The notes: generated from the sequence alone by a model not told the origin. A stretch of DNA of 31,244 nucleotides from a virus (IMGVR_UViG_3300025502_000097:1-31244); one strand, 5' to 3'. Shown: positions 11,001 through 20,488, numbered from the stretch's first letter. Made by a program: numbers and translations.

Positions 11001-11535
11001 ATCCAATTCTTATAATTATCTGTATTAGCCCATTGTCTACAGGTGGAGTAAAAGTTTCTGAAATGTATACCCAGTTATTGCTAATCTCTAAGTTTATGGT
11101 TTTTACTGTGGGGAATTGTTCTAACGGAGTATCCTCTTTAAGAATCCACTGACTTGTAGCTGCGTCAAAGTACCTATAACCAATCTGGACTTGACCTATA
11201 AAAATGCTTTGAGAATTAAAGTATGTTCCAATTGAAAATGTTTCTAGCGTGGTGTTCAGCTCATTTAAGTCAATGATATCTGGGCTAATTAACTCTACAA
11301 AAGAAAACTCTGTAACGATGTCGCCATAGACTTTAGTTGTCTGGCTTTCTGGGAGTGGTTGGTTATATGTATCTAGAGAAATTTCCGAGGTTCCTCCAGA
11401 AATAGACCAGGCTGTAAGATCTCTATCGATATCATTGACTAGAGACACGTAGTCTACAGGATCGTCTAACGCCCAAAGAGCGGTTGGATGCTCTGCAAAG
11501 ACTTTTTCTGCATAAAGGTTTGATGGGTTAGACAT
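8092..11535 (-). CDS. Large minor tail protein with LamG/concanavalin-like domains
   Basis: 1147 aa; N-terminal VFAEHPTALWALDD and YTAEMWLRI...IDCVAIY are LamG-like patterns; beta-rich. Confidence 0.65.
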   Translation of the reverse strand: MSNPSNLYAEKVFAEHPTALWALDDPVDYVSLVNDIDRDLTAWSISGGTSEISLDTYNQPLPESQTTKVYGDIVTEFSFVELISPDIIDLNELNTTLETFSIGTYFNSQSIFIGQVQIGYRYFDAATSQWILKEDTPLEQFPTVKTINLEISNNWVYISETFTPPVDNGLIQIIIRIGYLPGATSAEENEFLLNGLTMGQWAEEFSAESLGVQKVAFPSNIALTATDAVSADAYGLIDTPGYYLIDNNSLTARNTGIPMIYGSENVTTLYPNGGSPSVIIPGFGFLNQSGQYRDYTAEMWLRINADTDEYRKIFGPISSDDGLYVKGPFLMLKIGTALGSHFVGEWSRPMLVQIEMIRDSASLIINGEQVVTLDFLTSELTLPSEFNNENKSQDWLGFYAYDDVSPIDIDCVAIYSYQVPSIVSKRRWVFGQGVDFPENINTSYSGTSVVIDYPFADYTNNYNYPDIGSWNQAFIDNALTTNDELTSPTYTTPLPQFSTKTVDSWYEDSLVIQNEQEPFIKLIPNSNWDNEHGHLLFSDISFLQETARSIYAVFKETSAWSEDQVLIHIVDDLNGNYFEVVSKETTTDYILKYGGSTQTLRSVDKVSFGDKFVAGIDVRRFSSSLGGNVEAFFGRSVSLDAYFGGRPDFSQSFSGNIYNINFDTPRNTTFISSTFDINGVATQIPEDHDASYSAVPVVRFGKYELTYKTKSYWEDYVPLTYLGQYVLDENNQQYYDIDFIQLNINYPASAINDDGCFTQNDLVRTYISFQYLESGANASQQSFSNTVCAPTNGVVKPGAEWLESKYEVTSGNLIYPPDNVDFNNIAIVVHIEMKTTDSTYEPIRIRTLQLASQAFNDSSPNSIGTRFGVPIFPYKKSGVYFDYKTENPYSIYKGSTPYLYLTRTSGIEVKGRFDENISRGLSIPINRNLAENYRIIAMQAAMRYDQDLFPAERTELFEVESRNVYLKFYLEPVDSGRKRARIIAVNARTNSIENGIGFYLNGKIVSNPVLSVKQWALVGISFANILNLDSFVGAIRLTGPMLFNTISHYQSTNLQQVQNTSFRNWLRVKFLGTSLLEWNFWASGFNWDGVLVLSATSYYGVDPKNIYKTYTGTNRVAIDDPRLFRLSGYEYVAQNDILWSTSTITPV

Positions 11536-11588
11536 TTTTCTCCTAGTCTATTTTACCACACTAGGACAAACTATTTAGGCGATTGCTT

Positions 11589-11726
11589 CTATAGCTGACT
11601 AACACCGATCCAAGCAATATTCCCAGCGGTATCGTTACTCCACGTCGTACCATTCCAAACCCAAGTGCGGTCACCTGAAGTGAATGAGTCACTGACGCTG
11701 GGGGAGTCTGGGAAGTTAATTGCCAT
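11589..11726 (-). CDS. 45 aa tail-fibre N-terminal anchor-like peptide, possibly a truncated relic
   Basis: MAINFPDSPSVSDSFTSGDRTWVWNGTTWSNDTAGNIAWIGVSQL; this type of motif normally begins long fibre proteins. TGGTAAAAT promoter 6 nt upstream. Confidence 0.55.
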   Translation of the reverse strand: MAINFPDSPSVSDSFTSGDRTWVWNGTTWSNDTAGNIAWIGVSQL

Positions 11727-11898
11727 AATAGTATTTTACCATACTTTTATTTTTAAATTATGAATGACTTCATTCTTTATGTGGTGGTATAAGGCTATCG
11801 CATTAGTATGCTGTGAGGAAGTTACTTTATAAACATACCAGCATAGTGATCTGGCATGTTCATGTAAGTTTTCATTACTGTGTTATAAAGCTTTAGCA

Positions 11899-11985
11899 TT
11901 ATGCACCGACCTTGCTAGAAATGAATGGGCCTGACACTGCGGTTATTGAAGTGCCTACTGTTACGCCTGTTGATGTTACTGGCAT
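11899..11985 (-). pseudogene. 28 aa fragment, possible truncated structural gene
   Basis: MPVTSTGVTVGTSITAVSGPFISSKVGA*, with AGGAG RBS inside the end of the upstream gene; early stop followed by about 170 nt without a convincing ORF. Confidence 0.35.
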
Positions 11986-11987
11986 TT

Positions 11988-12332
11988 TTATTCTCCTGTT
12001 ATTTCTACCCAGCTAAGGGTTGGCTCGTTCCAAGTGTACATTTTTTCGTCATCAGGATACGGCGCTGGGCTTTCCCAGTCCCAAGTTTCTTGATTCAAAA
12101 CCCACGATAAAAATGGTTTAGGTGGTACAAATAAATCCTCTGCTTCAAGATAAATTGAACCAATACCAGCGAACCTAAATCTAAAGCTGTTGCTATAACT
12201 AGTTTGAATCCATTTACCCCCAAGACCCAAATCGTTAGCCAGAAAATCCTGACCTCTTGATTCTTCTTCGTTGGAAACTACTAGAACTCTAAGAACAACA
12301 TTGTCGTTGTCAATTTCTGCAAAATGAGCCAT
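11988..12332 (-). CDS. Tail-fibre-associated protein (MAHFAEID type)
   Basis: MAHFAEID...WIQTSY...FAGIG...PPKPFLSWVLN...W; this type usually follows Gly-rich fibre genes. Confidence 0.65.
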   Translation of the reverse strand: MAHFAEIDNDNVVLRVLVVSNEEESRGQDFLANDLGLGGKWIQTSYSNSFRFRFAGIGSIYLEAEDLFVPPKPFLSWVLNQETWDWESPAPYPDDEKMYTWNEPTLSWVEITGE

Positions 12333-14323
12333 TATACCGCATACCTCACAATCACAATACCTGAACCGCCATTTTGGGTGCTTGATGCGGTGCCGTAAAG
12401 CGTTGCACCGCCGCCGTCTGCTCCATCGCCAGTGTTCGCACCGCCATTTACGCCACTATTGTTAACATTGTTGGCTCCACCTTCTCCACCTGTTGCTCTT
12501 GTTACTGAGCTTCCAGTAACAGAAGAAGCTCTGCCGCTGCCTCTCGTTCCGCCAGCTCCGTTCTGAACTCCATTCCCGCCGCTACCAGCAGCACCGCCAC
12601 CGCCACCGCCAGAACCTTTGTATTGCGCTCCACTTCCAGCTACCCCTGGACCTGCATTGCCGCCGTTTAGTCCTTGTCCAGCAGTTCCGCTTCCGCCAGT
12701 CGTTGCGTTTAACATACCGCCGTTTCCAGAGCCACCAGTTCCGGTTCTATAGTTTGAGGAGCGTGACCCACCTAGTGATGTAATGTTAGAAAAAACGGAA
12801 TTGCTCCCGTTAGAATTACTGCCGCCAACCCCGCCTGCTCCAACCGTAACAGTGTAACTTCCGACTTCTACTTCCTTGGCTGACTCGGCGCTTGCGCCAG
12901 CACCAGATAATTCACCAACGACAGACGACCTATAACCACCAGCACCGCCACCGCCAGCACCCCAAGCACTCTGCTGGTTTCCAGCCCGAGCTGTACCGCC
13001 GCCACCTGCTATAACGATGTATTCAACTAAGCCAGCCCCTGCTGTAACTTCAAAAGTTCCAGAGGATGTGAAGGTGTGTACTTTGTACCCTGAAATGGTA
13101 GTTACAGTGCCGCCTATCGCTGAAAGAGGTACTACAGTAGTACTAGTAAACTCCCTGTCGGTAGAAAGCCCTGCAGTATCAGTAACCCTAATTGTAAAAG
13201 TAGCAACCGTACCTGCGGCGTCTGTGGTTATGCCGCTAATTTCTCCAGAATTGCTAAGCGTTAGCCCCGTGCTCAAAGAGCCAGCCTGTAAAGTATAAAC
13301 TAACGTTCCGCCAGCTGGGCCAGTTGAGGCAACTAGCTGAAAACTGTAATGCTGGTCCATGACAGGTTCTGGGTCAAGAGCTCCTGCTGCAGTGCTCCAA
13401 ACAGGCTCATAGTTAGCAACAAAGTTAAACGCCTTGTTCAAAAAGTTTCCGCCAGTGTCGATTGCCTTGAAGGTTACGGAGTTCGTGTCACCTTCAGTTG
13501 CCGAGCCTGAGAAGGTTCCGCTGATTACGCCAGTCTCCTCAACCAAAGTCAGTCCTGCTGGCAAGGTTCCAGAGACTACCGAGTAGTCAATGTCTGTACC
13601 TTCGCTGTCGGTTGCAAGAAGCGTAATACTTGTAGCTGCACCGATGTTGTAGAAAAGGTCCCCAGTAGTCTGCCAAGCAGGGTTAGTTCCAGCGGTCACA
13701 GAGTCAACCAGCAGGTAAGCATTTGAGCCTGAAGGTACTGGGATTCCTGGGTTTACAACTTTTACTGTGTATGGAGAATTGTCAGGGCTAAAAGCGTCTG
13801 GCCTAGTTACAACAAGTTGAGTACTTGAAGACCGGACAACGTTCTTTGCCAGCGTTTCTGCATCGCTCTGGTCTATAAAGCTAACAACAACATTGGCAGC
13901 AAAGTTTCCACCGTTTACAACAGTGGTGTCATTAATTCCTGGGAGTGAACTGGTTACAACGCCAGAAACAAATGCGCCAGCTGTGGCAACATCGCCAGCT
14001 CCGGATGGTGCAGTGAGTGTTCCTTCGTAGCTGAAGATAATGGTCTCGCTGCTTGCTGCACCGAGAACAACAATCTCGGTAAAGTTTGCGGAGATCTCCA
14101 GCACTGCGCCATTGGTATATCCAGCGTAAGTGCCATCTTCGGCAATAGCGTAGATGTCATAAGTAGTGTCGCTGTTAGCAAAAACAAGGGTGTACCGACC
14201 AGATGTGTAAACGCGGTCTAAAACATAAGTAGTGTTGCCAGTTACGCCAACTGAAAGCGTGAAGTCATTTGAGCCGCCGACACCGCTTGCTGCAGATGCC
14301 CCTTTAAAACTGCTAATTGCCAT
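12332..14323 (-). CDS. Tail fibre / receptor-binding protein with Ig-like repeats and Gly-rich C-terminus
   Basis: Two (S/A)G(T/S)L..GLTL...G.ISG putative Ig repeats; YKVHTFTSSGTF...GGSGIVIVRY glycine-rich domain. Confidence 0.75.
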   Translation of the reverse strand: MAISSFKGASAASGVGGSNDFTLSVGVTGNTTYVLDRVYTSGRYTLVFANSDTTYDIYAIAEDGTYAGYTNGAVLEISANFTEIVVLGAASSETIIFSYEGTLTAPSGAGDVATAGAFVSGVVTSSLPGINDTTVVNGGNFAANVVVSFIDQSDAETLAKNVVRSSSTQLVVTRPDAFSPDNSPYTVKVVNPGIPVPSGSNAYLLVDSVTAGTNPAWQTTGDLFYNIGAATSITLLATDSEGTDIDYSVVSGTLPAGLTLVEETGVISGTFSGSATEGDTNSVTFKAIDTGGNFLNKAFNFVANYEPVWSTAAGALDPEPVMDQHYSFQLVASTGPAGGTLVYTLQAGSLSTGLTLSNSGEISGITTDAAGTVATFTIRVTDTAGLSTDREFTSTTVVPLSAIGGTVTTISGYKVHTFTSSGTFEVTAGAGLVEYIVIAGGGGTARAGNQQSAWGAGGGGAGGYRSSVVGELSGAGASAESAKEVEVGSYTVTVGAGGVGGSNSNGSNSVFSNITSLGGSRSSNYRTGTGGSGNGGMLNATTGGSGTAGQGLNGGNAGPGVAGSGAQYKGSGGGGGGAAGSGGNGVQNGAGGTRGSGRASSVTGSSVTRATGGEGGANNVNNSGVNGGANTGDGADGGGATLYGTASSTQNGGSGIVIVRYAV

Positions 14324-14649
14324 TATCCCACCTCACTTCCAAATGCCTGGAAGGTCATAGAGTTCTGAGTCCCAGATTGTACTGTTAATACGTCTCCATC
14401 TGCCATTGTAATTCCAATAGTAATTGCTTTAAAGTCGTTAGACTCAATTACTCCATCATAAATTATAGCATTATTTTTCGATGCCGTTTCGGCATTTTTA
14501 CGAACATAAATCCTACAGCTGGCTGGAGAACTGGAAGTGTTTGATGCTAAAAGTGTCGATATTACTGCGGACTTTGCGGAAGGAACAGTATATAGGTCAG
14601 CATTATCAGTATTACTGGGTGCAACCTGACCCAAAATCTTGTAAGTCAA
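14323..14649 (-). CDS. Small tail-fibre adaptor-like protein (paralogue of 17961-18263)
   Basis: TTG start; YKILGQ..P...LYTVPS...FGSEV pattern. Confidence 0.6.
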   Translation of the reverse strand: MTYKILGQVAPSNTDNADLYTVPSAKSAVISTLLASNTSSSPASCRIYVRKNAETASKNNAIIYDGVIESNDFKAITIGITMADGDVLTVQSGTQNSMTFQAFGSEVG

Positions 14650-14650
14650 A

Positions 14651-14929
14651 TTAAGCTCCCATCATCATCATAATATCTGGCATAGTATCTTTTGCTAGAT
14701 TTTGAGAATTAACCCAATTATTGCCATCATATAACAGTATATCATTGTTTGTAGGAGTAGATATCAAAGTATCGTATAATGATGACAGGGTCTTAGAGTC
14801 TACGTAGGCTTTCGTTGTAAGATCTTCTTCATTGACTGGTGTTGCAGCCTGTACGGTACCTCCAAAGGTACCGCCATCTGCAACTGTGAGTCCATTCTTG
14901 ACCCTAAAATCTTTGCTTTGTGTAGTCAT
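14651..14929 (-). CDS. Short tail-fibre segment protein
   Basis: KDFRVKNGL, TTKAYVD and LLYDGNNWVN fibre-like motifs. Confidence 0.6.
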   Translation of the reverse strand: MTTQSKDFRVKNGLTVADGGTFGGTVQAATPVNEEDLTTKAYVDSKTLSSLYDTLISTPTNNDILLYDGNNWVNSQNLAKDTMPDIMMMMGA

Positions 14930-14936
14930 TGTATCC

Positions 14937-16175
14937 TTATACTAAGAGTGTTCCCATTGTTGTAATCGTAGAAGCGTCATTTGTTGTCGTGACAAGTAAC
15001 TGAACGAGTTCACCGCTCATCCCAGCGGAGATTGTAGATGCAGCGCCGTTTGTTCCAACGATTGCGTATTCAGTAATAGCAATGTTGTTCGTGGCATCCA
15101 AGGTCAGTAGCACCTCAGAGACCTCTGTGTGTGTTCCGTAAGCAACCTTTACGATAAACTTAGCAGATCTGTAGGTTGTGCTATTGAAGAAATAGGCTAC
15201 TGCCTGGCCTGCTGTGGCTGCTGTAGAAATAGCTGCTACCTGAGTAGCAACAGAGTTAACATCGATCTCAGTAAAGTTGGGGACTATTGCCTCTAGTGCA
15301 GCAACTGCACGGGCGGCAGTAAAGTAAAGATTTGATCCCTCTGCGATGTCGTCAGTGTCAAGTTCGTTAACTGCGGAGTTTATTCCAGATACTGCTGTAT
15401 CTGTGTAGGTGTTTGCGTTGGACTCTGCAGTATTGGCTTTGCTGGTTGCATCGGAGGAAGCCGTAGCAACTGCATTTGACTCGGCTGTGTTAGCCTTATA
15501 AGTTGCGTCTGCAGCTGCAGTAGAAATTGCATATCCCTCGGCAGCGTCAGCATAGTTCTGATAAGCAGTTGTAATTGCTGTCTCACGAGTGTCCGTGTAA
15601 GCCTTTGCGTCTGTCTCGGCAGCGTCTACATACTGCTTAGTTGCAGCGTGTAGGTTGGACGTTGGATCCTGGGCTAGTGTCAGGTCTCCAGTCATCGTAT
15701 CTCCTGCTTTACCAACTTTTGTTCCAAGAGATGTAGATACTGTGCTTGCAAAGTTTGGGTCATCCCCTAGGGCTGCTGCTAGCTCGTTTAGGGTATCTAG
15801 AGCTTCTGGTGAAGAACTGACCAATGCTGAAACTGCAGAGCCAATCCTGTCTGTAACAGTATTTCCGCTTGAACCGTCAACGGTTTCATCACCTATGAGG
15901 CTATCTGTGTAGGACTCTGCCTCAGAGACTGCAGTTTCTGCGGCTGAAGTTGAAGCTGTATCTGAGTATAGTTTTGTAGCAGCATCTGTGTTTGACTCTG
16001 GTGCAGATAGATTTGTAATTAGATTATTGTTTGCGTCTAAAGTCGAGCCAAGAGTTTTGTTGCTTATATTCTGAGCGGAATCTTCAGTAAGAATGTTACT
16101 TCCATTGAGTGTACCAGTAGTTCCCTCAATAACGATACCGTTTTTGACCTTAAAGTTTTTTACAACTGTTGCCAT
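14937..16175 (-). CDS. Tail fibre protein with coiled-coil repeats
   Basis: PEALDTLNELAAALGDDPNFA, GDTMTGDL and HAATKQYVD motifs; DATxKANTAESNA repeated twice. Confidence 0.75.
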   Translation of the reverse strand: MATVVKNFKVKNGIVIEGTTGTLNGSNILTEDSAQNISNKTLGSTLDANNNLITNLSAPESNTDAATKLYSDTASTSAAETAVSEAESYTDSLIGDETVDGSSGNTVTDRIGSAVSALVSSSPEALDTLNELAAALGDDPNFASTVSTSLGTKVGKAGDTMTGDLTLAQDPTSNLHAATKQYVDAAETDAKAYTDTRETAITTAYQNYADAAEGYAISTAAADATYKANTAESNAVATASSDATSKANTAESNANTYTDTAVSGINSAVNELDTDDIAEGSNLYFTAARAVAALEAIVPNFTEIDVNSVATQVAAISTAATAGQAVAYFFNSTTYRSAKFIVKVAYGTHTEVSEVLLTLDATNNIAITEYAIVGTNGAASTISAGMSGELVQLLVTTTNDASTITTMGTLLV

Positions 16176-16185
16176 GATAGTTTCC

Positions 16186-16632
16186 TTATGCCTTTAGACC
16201 AATTCGGGCATATCTTGCCGTTACTGGTACGATAGAAATGTCTGGGGTATAAACCAAAGAGGCTGTAGTACCAGACTGAGAGATGCTAATGGTTCCCATA
16301 TCCCCATCATTATCTATTGTTCCATATTCGCTAACACTCAAGTCATTTTCGTCAACAAGAATACTCAATTCGGTAGCGTAAAACTTATTGTTGTCGTTGG
16401 ATGTTTTAGAAATAGAAATTATATATTTTACGAGTCTCCACTCAGACATCTCAAATGAATCTAAAACTGATTCATTCTCTATGTCATTAATAGTGTTTTC
16501 GTTATTGCCAGATGTTCCAAGCTCCAAAGCTTGGGCAGAAAGTGTGTCGATCAAGTCTATATAGTTTTGCTGACTTGGCCTATCTCCTGATTCAAAATAG
16601 GACTTTATTGTAGAAATAGTAGTTCTGGCCAT
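16186..16632 (-). CDS. Tail-associated structural protein
   Basis: FESGDRPSQQNYIDLIDT N-terminus; C-terminal domain resembles that of 14937-16175. Confidence 0.6.
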   Translation of the reverse strand: MARTTISTIKSYFESGDRPSQQNYIDLIDTLSAQALELGTSGNNENTINDIENESVLDSFEMSEWRLVKYIISISKTSNDNNKFYATELSILVDENDLSVSEYGTIDNDGDMGTISISQSGTTASLVYTPDISIVPVTARYARIGLKA

Positions 16633-16667
16633 AATAACATTATAGCTTATTTTTTTTGCTTATTCTG

Positions 16668-16829
16668 TTACACTATATAATTATTTGTGCCGATTACCCT
16701 TATTCCAATTGGTGCGGGGTTGGCAGCTCCATAGGGGGTAAATTGAATATTTTTAAATGTAGCTATAAACGGAACAATTGACCTAGCAGATACGTTAATC
16801 TTCGAAAGATTTTGTATTTGAATTGGCAT
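16668..16829 (-). CDS. 53 aa hypothetical protein (below ORF-track cutoff)
   Basis: MPIQIQNLSK...YGAANPAPIGIRVIGTNNYIV; TAATG-coupled to the upstream gene. Confidence 0.6.
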   Translation of the reverse strand: MPIQIQNLSKINVSARSIVPFIATFKNIQFTPYGAANPAPIGIRVIGTNNYIV

Positions 16830-17239
16830 TAATCTGTCACATCTTCAAGAATTATCATGCTTCCCTGTGCTATGGTCCAGACCTCGTTACTATTTGAGTT
16901 TGACATCTGTATGTCAAAAATATCTCCAGCTGCCAACTGATTTGACTCGGCTGACGTTAGAGAAACCGTAAACTGTCCGTCCAAGTCGTCTAGGGTTGCT
17001 GCGGGTGAAAGTGTAAGTATTGTAGTGGCGGCGTCAGTTATTTCGATGGGATCTCTGGATACATTTGGCCTTTTTATTTTAATCTCTATGTCCCACTCTG
17101 GGATATATACTGGCTCGCCAGCGTCATTAGTGACGGTAGTTCTAAAAGACGATGTGTCACCTTTAACGACTGTCCAGGTTATTGTTGGAGGGGTATTCCC
17201 TACGCTATATGAGCTACCAGAAGATCTAAGAGTTGCCAT
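16829..17239 (-). CDS. BppU-like baseplate/fibre attachment domain protein
   Basis: WTVVKGDT...FDIQM...WTIAQG..IILEDVT pattern; paralogue of 20126-20488 and 20604-20990. Confidence 0.55.
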   Translation of the reverse strand: MATLRSSGSSYSVGNTPPTITWTVVKGDTSSFRTTVTNDAGEPVYIPEWDIEIKIKRPNVSRDPIEITDAATTILTLSPAATLDDLDGQFTVSLTSAESNQLAAGDIFDIQMSNSNSNEVWTIAQGSMIILEDVTD

Positions 17240-17331
17240 AAGGAAATTATATCATACTTGAGATGTCTTTATAATCAAGGTGTCTGTATTTCTTGAGTAA
17301 TCATGCAGGTAGCTTTTTAAGCAATCGACGA

Positions 17332-17961
17332 CTATTCAGCAAGGTCTCCCACTAATAGCCAATTATTTTCAGATACATAAATTAATTCTATTAAGCCATA
17401 TCGCTTAGATATCGATCTGAAAGTATCTTTGCTATTTATAATTACTCCATATTCAGATGCTACGCTTGTCTTTCCCGCTCCGTACTGGACAAACTTGACA
17501 GACTGTCCTGGGGTAAAGTTAGATGTTGGATCACTTGGAGCTGTTACCGTGTTTGCTGTGGATTCGCTCATCAGAATTGTCTTGCCAGCATCTTCCGATG
17601 AAACGTTATAGTTTGTACTCTTTACGATAAAACTATGATTATCCCTAGCCGTTCGCCAACTACCATTGTTAAAGTATTGTATCTGATTTAAAGGATTTCC
17701 AACATTATCCTGTCTAACAAAACAGACTGTGCCGTTAGCTGGGGAGGTTATAACTGCATCCCTAATCGCTGTGGTTTGAAAATTATTAAGCCCAGCCTTT
17801 GAAACAAAAACATCTTCGACTGTAACTGGACCAGAAAAATCGTTAGTTCCTGTCCAATTATAGGAAATTGCAGTATTAGCTGTTCCAGCTACAACGTGCC
17901 AAGTATCTGTGGCATCGTCGTACATATAGGCTAATTTGCCAGAGTTATCGATTGTTGCCAT
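17332..17961 (-). CDS. Tail-fibre-like structural protein
   Basis: C-terminal DAGKTI...FVQYGAG...WLLVGDL domain of the kind seen at fibre tips. Confidence 0.6.
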   Translation of the reverse strand: MATIDNSGKLAYMYDDATDTWHVVAGTANTAISYNWTGTNDFSGPVTVEDVFVSKAGLNNFQTTAIRDAVITSPANGTVCFVRQDNVGNPLNQIQYFNNGSWRTARDNHSFIVKSTNYNVSSEDAGKTILMSESTANTVTAPSDPTSNFTPGQSVKFVQYGAGKTSVASEYGVIINSKDTFRSISKRYGLIELIYVSENNWLLVGDLAE

Positions 17962-18263
17962 TAGGCAACCTCCACACCGCTAACATGAAGCGTAATACCA
18001 GCTACGTCTGATGCAGCTTCTATCGCATCTGCAGCTAGTAATACCTGCCTAATGTCAAAATGTATTGAATCTCCTGCTGTGATTATTCCGTCTTTTATAA
18101 TTTCAATACCGCCCAAACGTATTGTTGTATTTGCGGGACCTCCAGAAGCATTGGCAAGAATTATGCTTGTAACAACTATCTCTGTTGAAGAGGGAACGTT
18201 ATAAACTGTAGAAAGGGTAGTCGGGACTGCTCCACGATAAAATAGTGCTGGTTGCGCTGTCAA
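17961..18263 (-). CDS. Small tail-fibre adaptor-like protein
   Basis: TTG start; VYNVPS...IILANASG...LHVSGVEV; paralogue of 14323-14649. Confidence 0.6.
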   Translation of the reverse strand: MTAQPALFYRGAVPTTLSTVYNVPSSTEIVVTSIILANASGGPANTTIRLGGIEIIKDGIITAGDSIHFDIRQVLLAADAIEAASDVAGITLHVSGVEVA

Positions 18264-18280
18264 TTATTCGCCATTCCCTT

Positions 18281-18919
18281 CTAATAGACTTTCATATATG
18301 TAAAAACTTCCAGCTGTGCCTTTGGGTCTTGAATCCTCCAAGACACACCGACATCAGATATGCTATCTGCAGTAAGCACATAGTCATCTTGTCCTGCTGG
18401 CAGCCGTTGCAGGTCTCCAGAATCGTCTACCACTAGGATATCACCTTTTGTGGTTAGAACTGGATCAAAGCCATATTGGCTAAACTCTACCCATGATGAG
18501 GTAGCAGACTCCCAAACATATGCTGTCTTCAACAAAGAAGAACTATCGACCCATACTAGGCCGTTAACAAGATTTGTGGTTGGTGCGGTAGCAGAGTAGC
18601 TTGCAGTTGCAGGAATACTTGCAGAAGCTGGTCCCTGAGAATCTGAGTCTACCCATAAATATCCGTCTGCGACATTGCTTGGCCGAGTTGGAAGATAGTC
18701 TCCTGCAGTACGCTTTATGTCCAGGACATCTACTTGATCCTGTAAATTTTTCAAGTGGTATGCAACCGATGGATTCTGTATTACTGAATTGTCAGTATTG
18801 GCTGTATCGTATGACAATGAGCCATAGTGATAAAGCCTGAGAGCTTCTTGAATGTCAGCAGCATCGTCTAAACCAGGAATTTTGGTATTATATAATGCTC
18901 CAATATTTTCAGCTGCCAT
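18281..18919 (-). CDS. Tail-fibre-like structural protein
   Basis: Two G(Y/L)(L/V)WVDS repeats and a TKGDILV...RLPAGQDDYVLTADS motif. Confidence 0.6.
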   Translation of the reverse strand: MAAENIGALYNTKIPGLDDAADIQEALRLYHYGSLSYDTANTDNSVIQNPSVAYHLKNLQDQVDVLDIKRTAGDYLPTRPSNVADGYLWVDSDSQGPASASIPATASYSATAPTTNLVNGLVWVDSSSLLKTAYVWESATSSWVEFSQYGFDPVLTTKGDILVVDDSGDLQRLPAGQDDYVLTADSISDVGVSWRIQDPKAQLEVFTYMKVY

Positions 18920-18938
18920 ATGTTATCACCATTTAAAA

Positions 18939-19535
18939 TTATACCACAGTAATCACTAAATGTACTGTTTTTTGGCCTTGCAGTGGTATCCAAATGTCAG
19001 ACGAGTACTGCATTGCTGATATTGTTAGTTGCATGTTTGCTGCTCCACCTGATATCGAAAGTGCGGTCACTGCAAAAAATGATGATATAGGATCTTGGAC
19101 ACTTGTGCTTTCGCTAATTCTGTTTGCAACATTATGCTGAATAAAAAGACTATCCTGTATGTCCCCCTGGAATCCTGGAGGTATTGGTAGCTGCAAATTT
19201 ATTATTGCAACACCATTAGTAAAGGTTGTATCCTCATTCTTACTGATAGAGTTTGGAATTAGTCTTAACTTTGGAACCCATACTAATTGCTCTATTCCTA
19301 GAATAGGATCTATAGTAATTTTTTCATAATAATGTAAAAATAGGTATGATGCAGATTCAGGATCTATGTCAATTCCAAGGTCATACTCTAGTGGTAAATC
19401 TATACCCTGAAGATTCCCAGGGATATTCGGGCTACCTTTAGAAAGAAAAATTGTGCTAGAACGTCTTCCTGGCTGCCCAATGTCAGATTCTACTACTACT
19501 GAAGTGGGGCCACTTAGCTCAGACAATGCGTCCAT
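18939..19535 (-). CDS. Structural protein, paralogue of 19545-20126
   Basis: GP...IG..G.R.S.IF...G.PN and YL(F/Y)L(H/Y)xY...W...LRL.PN are shared with its neighbour. Confidence 0.6.
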   Translation of the reverse strand: MDALSELSGPTSVVVESDIGQPGRRSSTIFLSKGSPNIPGNLQGIDLPLEYDLGIDIDPESASYLFLHYYEKITIDPILGIEQLVWVPKLRLIPNSISKNEDTTFTNGVAIINLQLPIPPGFQGDIQDSLFIQHNVANRISESTSVQDPISSFFAVTALSISGGAANMQLTISAMQYSSDIWIPLQGQKTVHLVITVV

Positions 19536-19544
19536 AATCAGCTC

Positions 19545-20126
19545 CTACGCTATTGTTACAAGCATTTGAATTGCTTTATTATCAGTAATCGGTGACCAGG
19601 TAGAGGTTGGAACGTCAAACTCTACGGCATTCAATGTAATTGGTAATACGGCAATTCCACTTGCAAAAGTTAGATTTCCCACTGTCAGGGAAGATGAGGT
19701 TGGCTTGTCATTAAGAATAGTATACTGAACGTTAAAGTTTTGTTCAGTTATGTTTCCAACCTCAGTTAGTGGGACAACGTTTATGATTGGCAAAAAGTAG
19801 TTCGCAACTCCACCTACAAAAGACTGCTCCAGAACCGTAGTCAAAAATGTATTTGGCACAAGTCTCAGTATTCTGATCCACTGAGCAACACCGTCTTGCA
19901 CTACGTATTGATAAAGGTATAAGTACTCTGTGTCGGACGGTAGTAGATTTATGTACAAGTCAAAAACAATTACTTCTTGATTGAAGGTAAAACTATTTGG
20001 ATTACCGTTTCCGATAAAGATTCTACTACCTCGAACACCTTCTGCGCCGATGTTGATTTCAACATTCCTAGTCACTGGGCCACCAAGAACTGTCAAGTCG
20101 TCTGTTGATAGTACGACCTCTGCCAT
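19545..20126 (-). CDS. Structural protein, paralogue of 18939-19535
   Basis: 193 aa; shares the motifs listed for its neighbour. Confidence 0.6.
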   Translation of the reverse strand: MAEVVLSTDDLTVLGGPVTRNVEINIGAEGVRGSRIFIGNGNPNSFTFNQEVIVFDLYINLLPSDTEYLYLYQYVVQDGVAQWIRILRLVPNTFLTTVLEQSFVGGVANYFLPIINVVPLTEVGNITEQNFNVQYTILNDKPTSSSLTVGNLTFASGIAVLPITLNAVEFDVPTSTWSPITDNKAIQMLVTIA

Positions 20127-20488
20127 TATACTGCTCCTGTTACCTGATCAGTTACCGAGATATTTCCTGTAATTAATGTATACGTAAAGGGATAGGAAAC
20201 GCCAGACTTGGTAATTTCGACATCATAAACGTAGCTAGTTCCAGATGTCAACTGTGCCCCGTCTGCTGGCCTGACGACGCAAAGAACATAGTCTTGCCCT
20301 GCAGGAACTGTTGCTAACGCCTGAACTTGATTAGAAACACCAGTGGCACCTCTAGAAGTCGATATAGTAAATGCTGGTGTAAAACCAGTTAGGTCGAATG
20401 AGGCTCCACTAGAATCTTTGGGGTATACCCGAAATTCATAGGTGTCTGCCTTGTAATAGTTAAAATTATATGTACCTGGAAAAGCCAT
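20126..20488 (-). CDS. BppU-like domain structural protein
   Basis: YKADT...FDLTGF...YVYDVEI...LITGNISVTDQVT; GGAGG RBS. Confidence 0.6.
   Translation of the reverse strand: MAFPGTYNFNYYKADTYEFRVYPKDSSGASFDLTGFTPAFTISTSRGATGVSNQVQALATVPAGQDYVLCVVRPADGAQLTSGTSYVYDVEITKSGVSYPFTYTLITGNISVTDQVTGAV

Noticed and set aside
12332-14323. Diversity-generating retroelement target in the fibre gene
   Set aside because: No template/variable repeat pair or reverse transcriptase seen; the repetitiveness reflects Gly codons.
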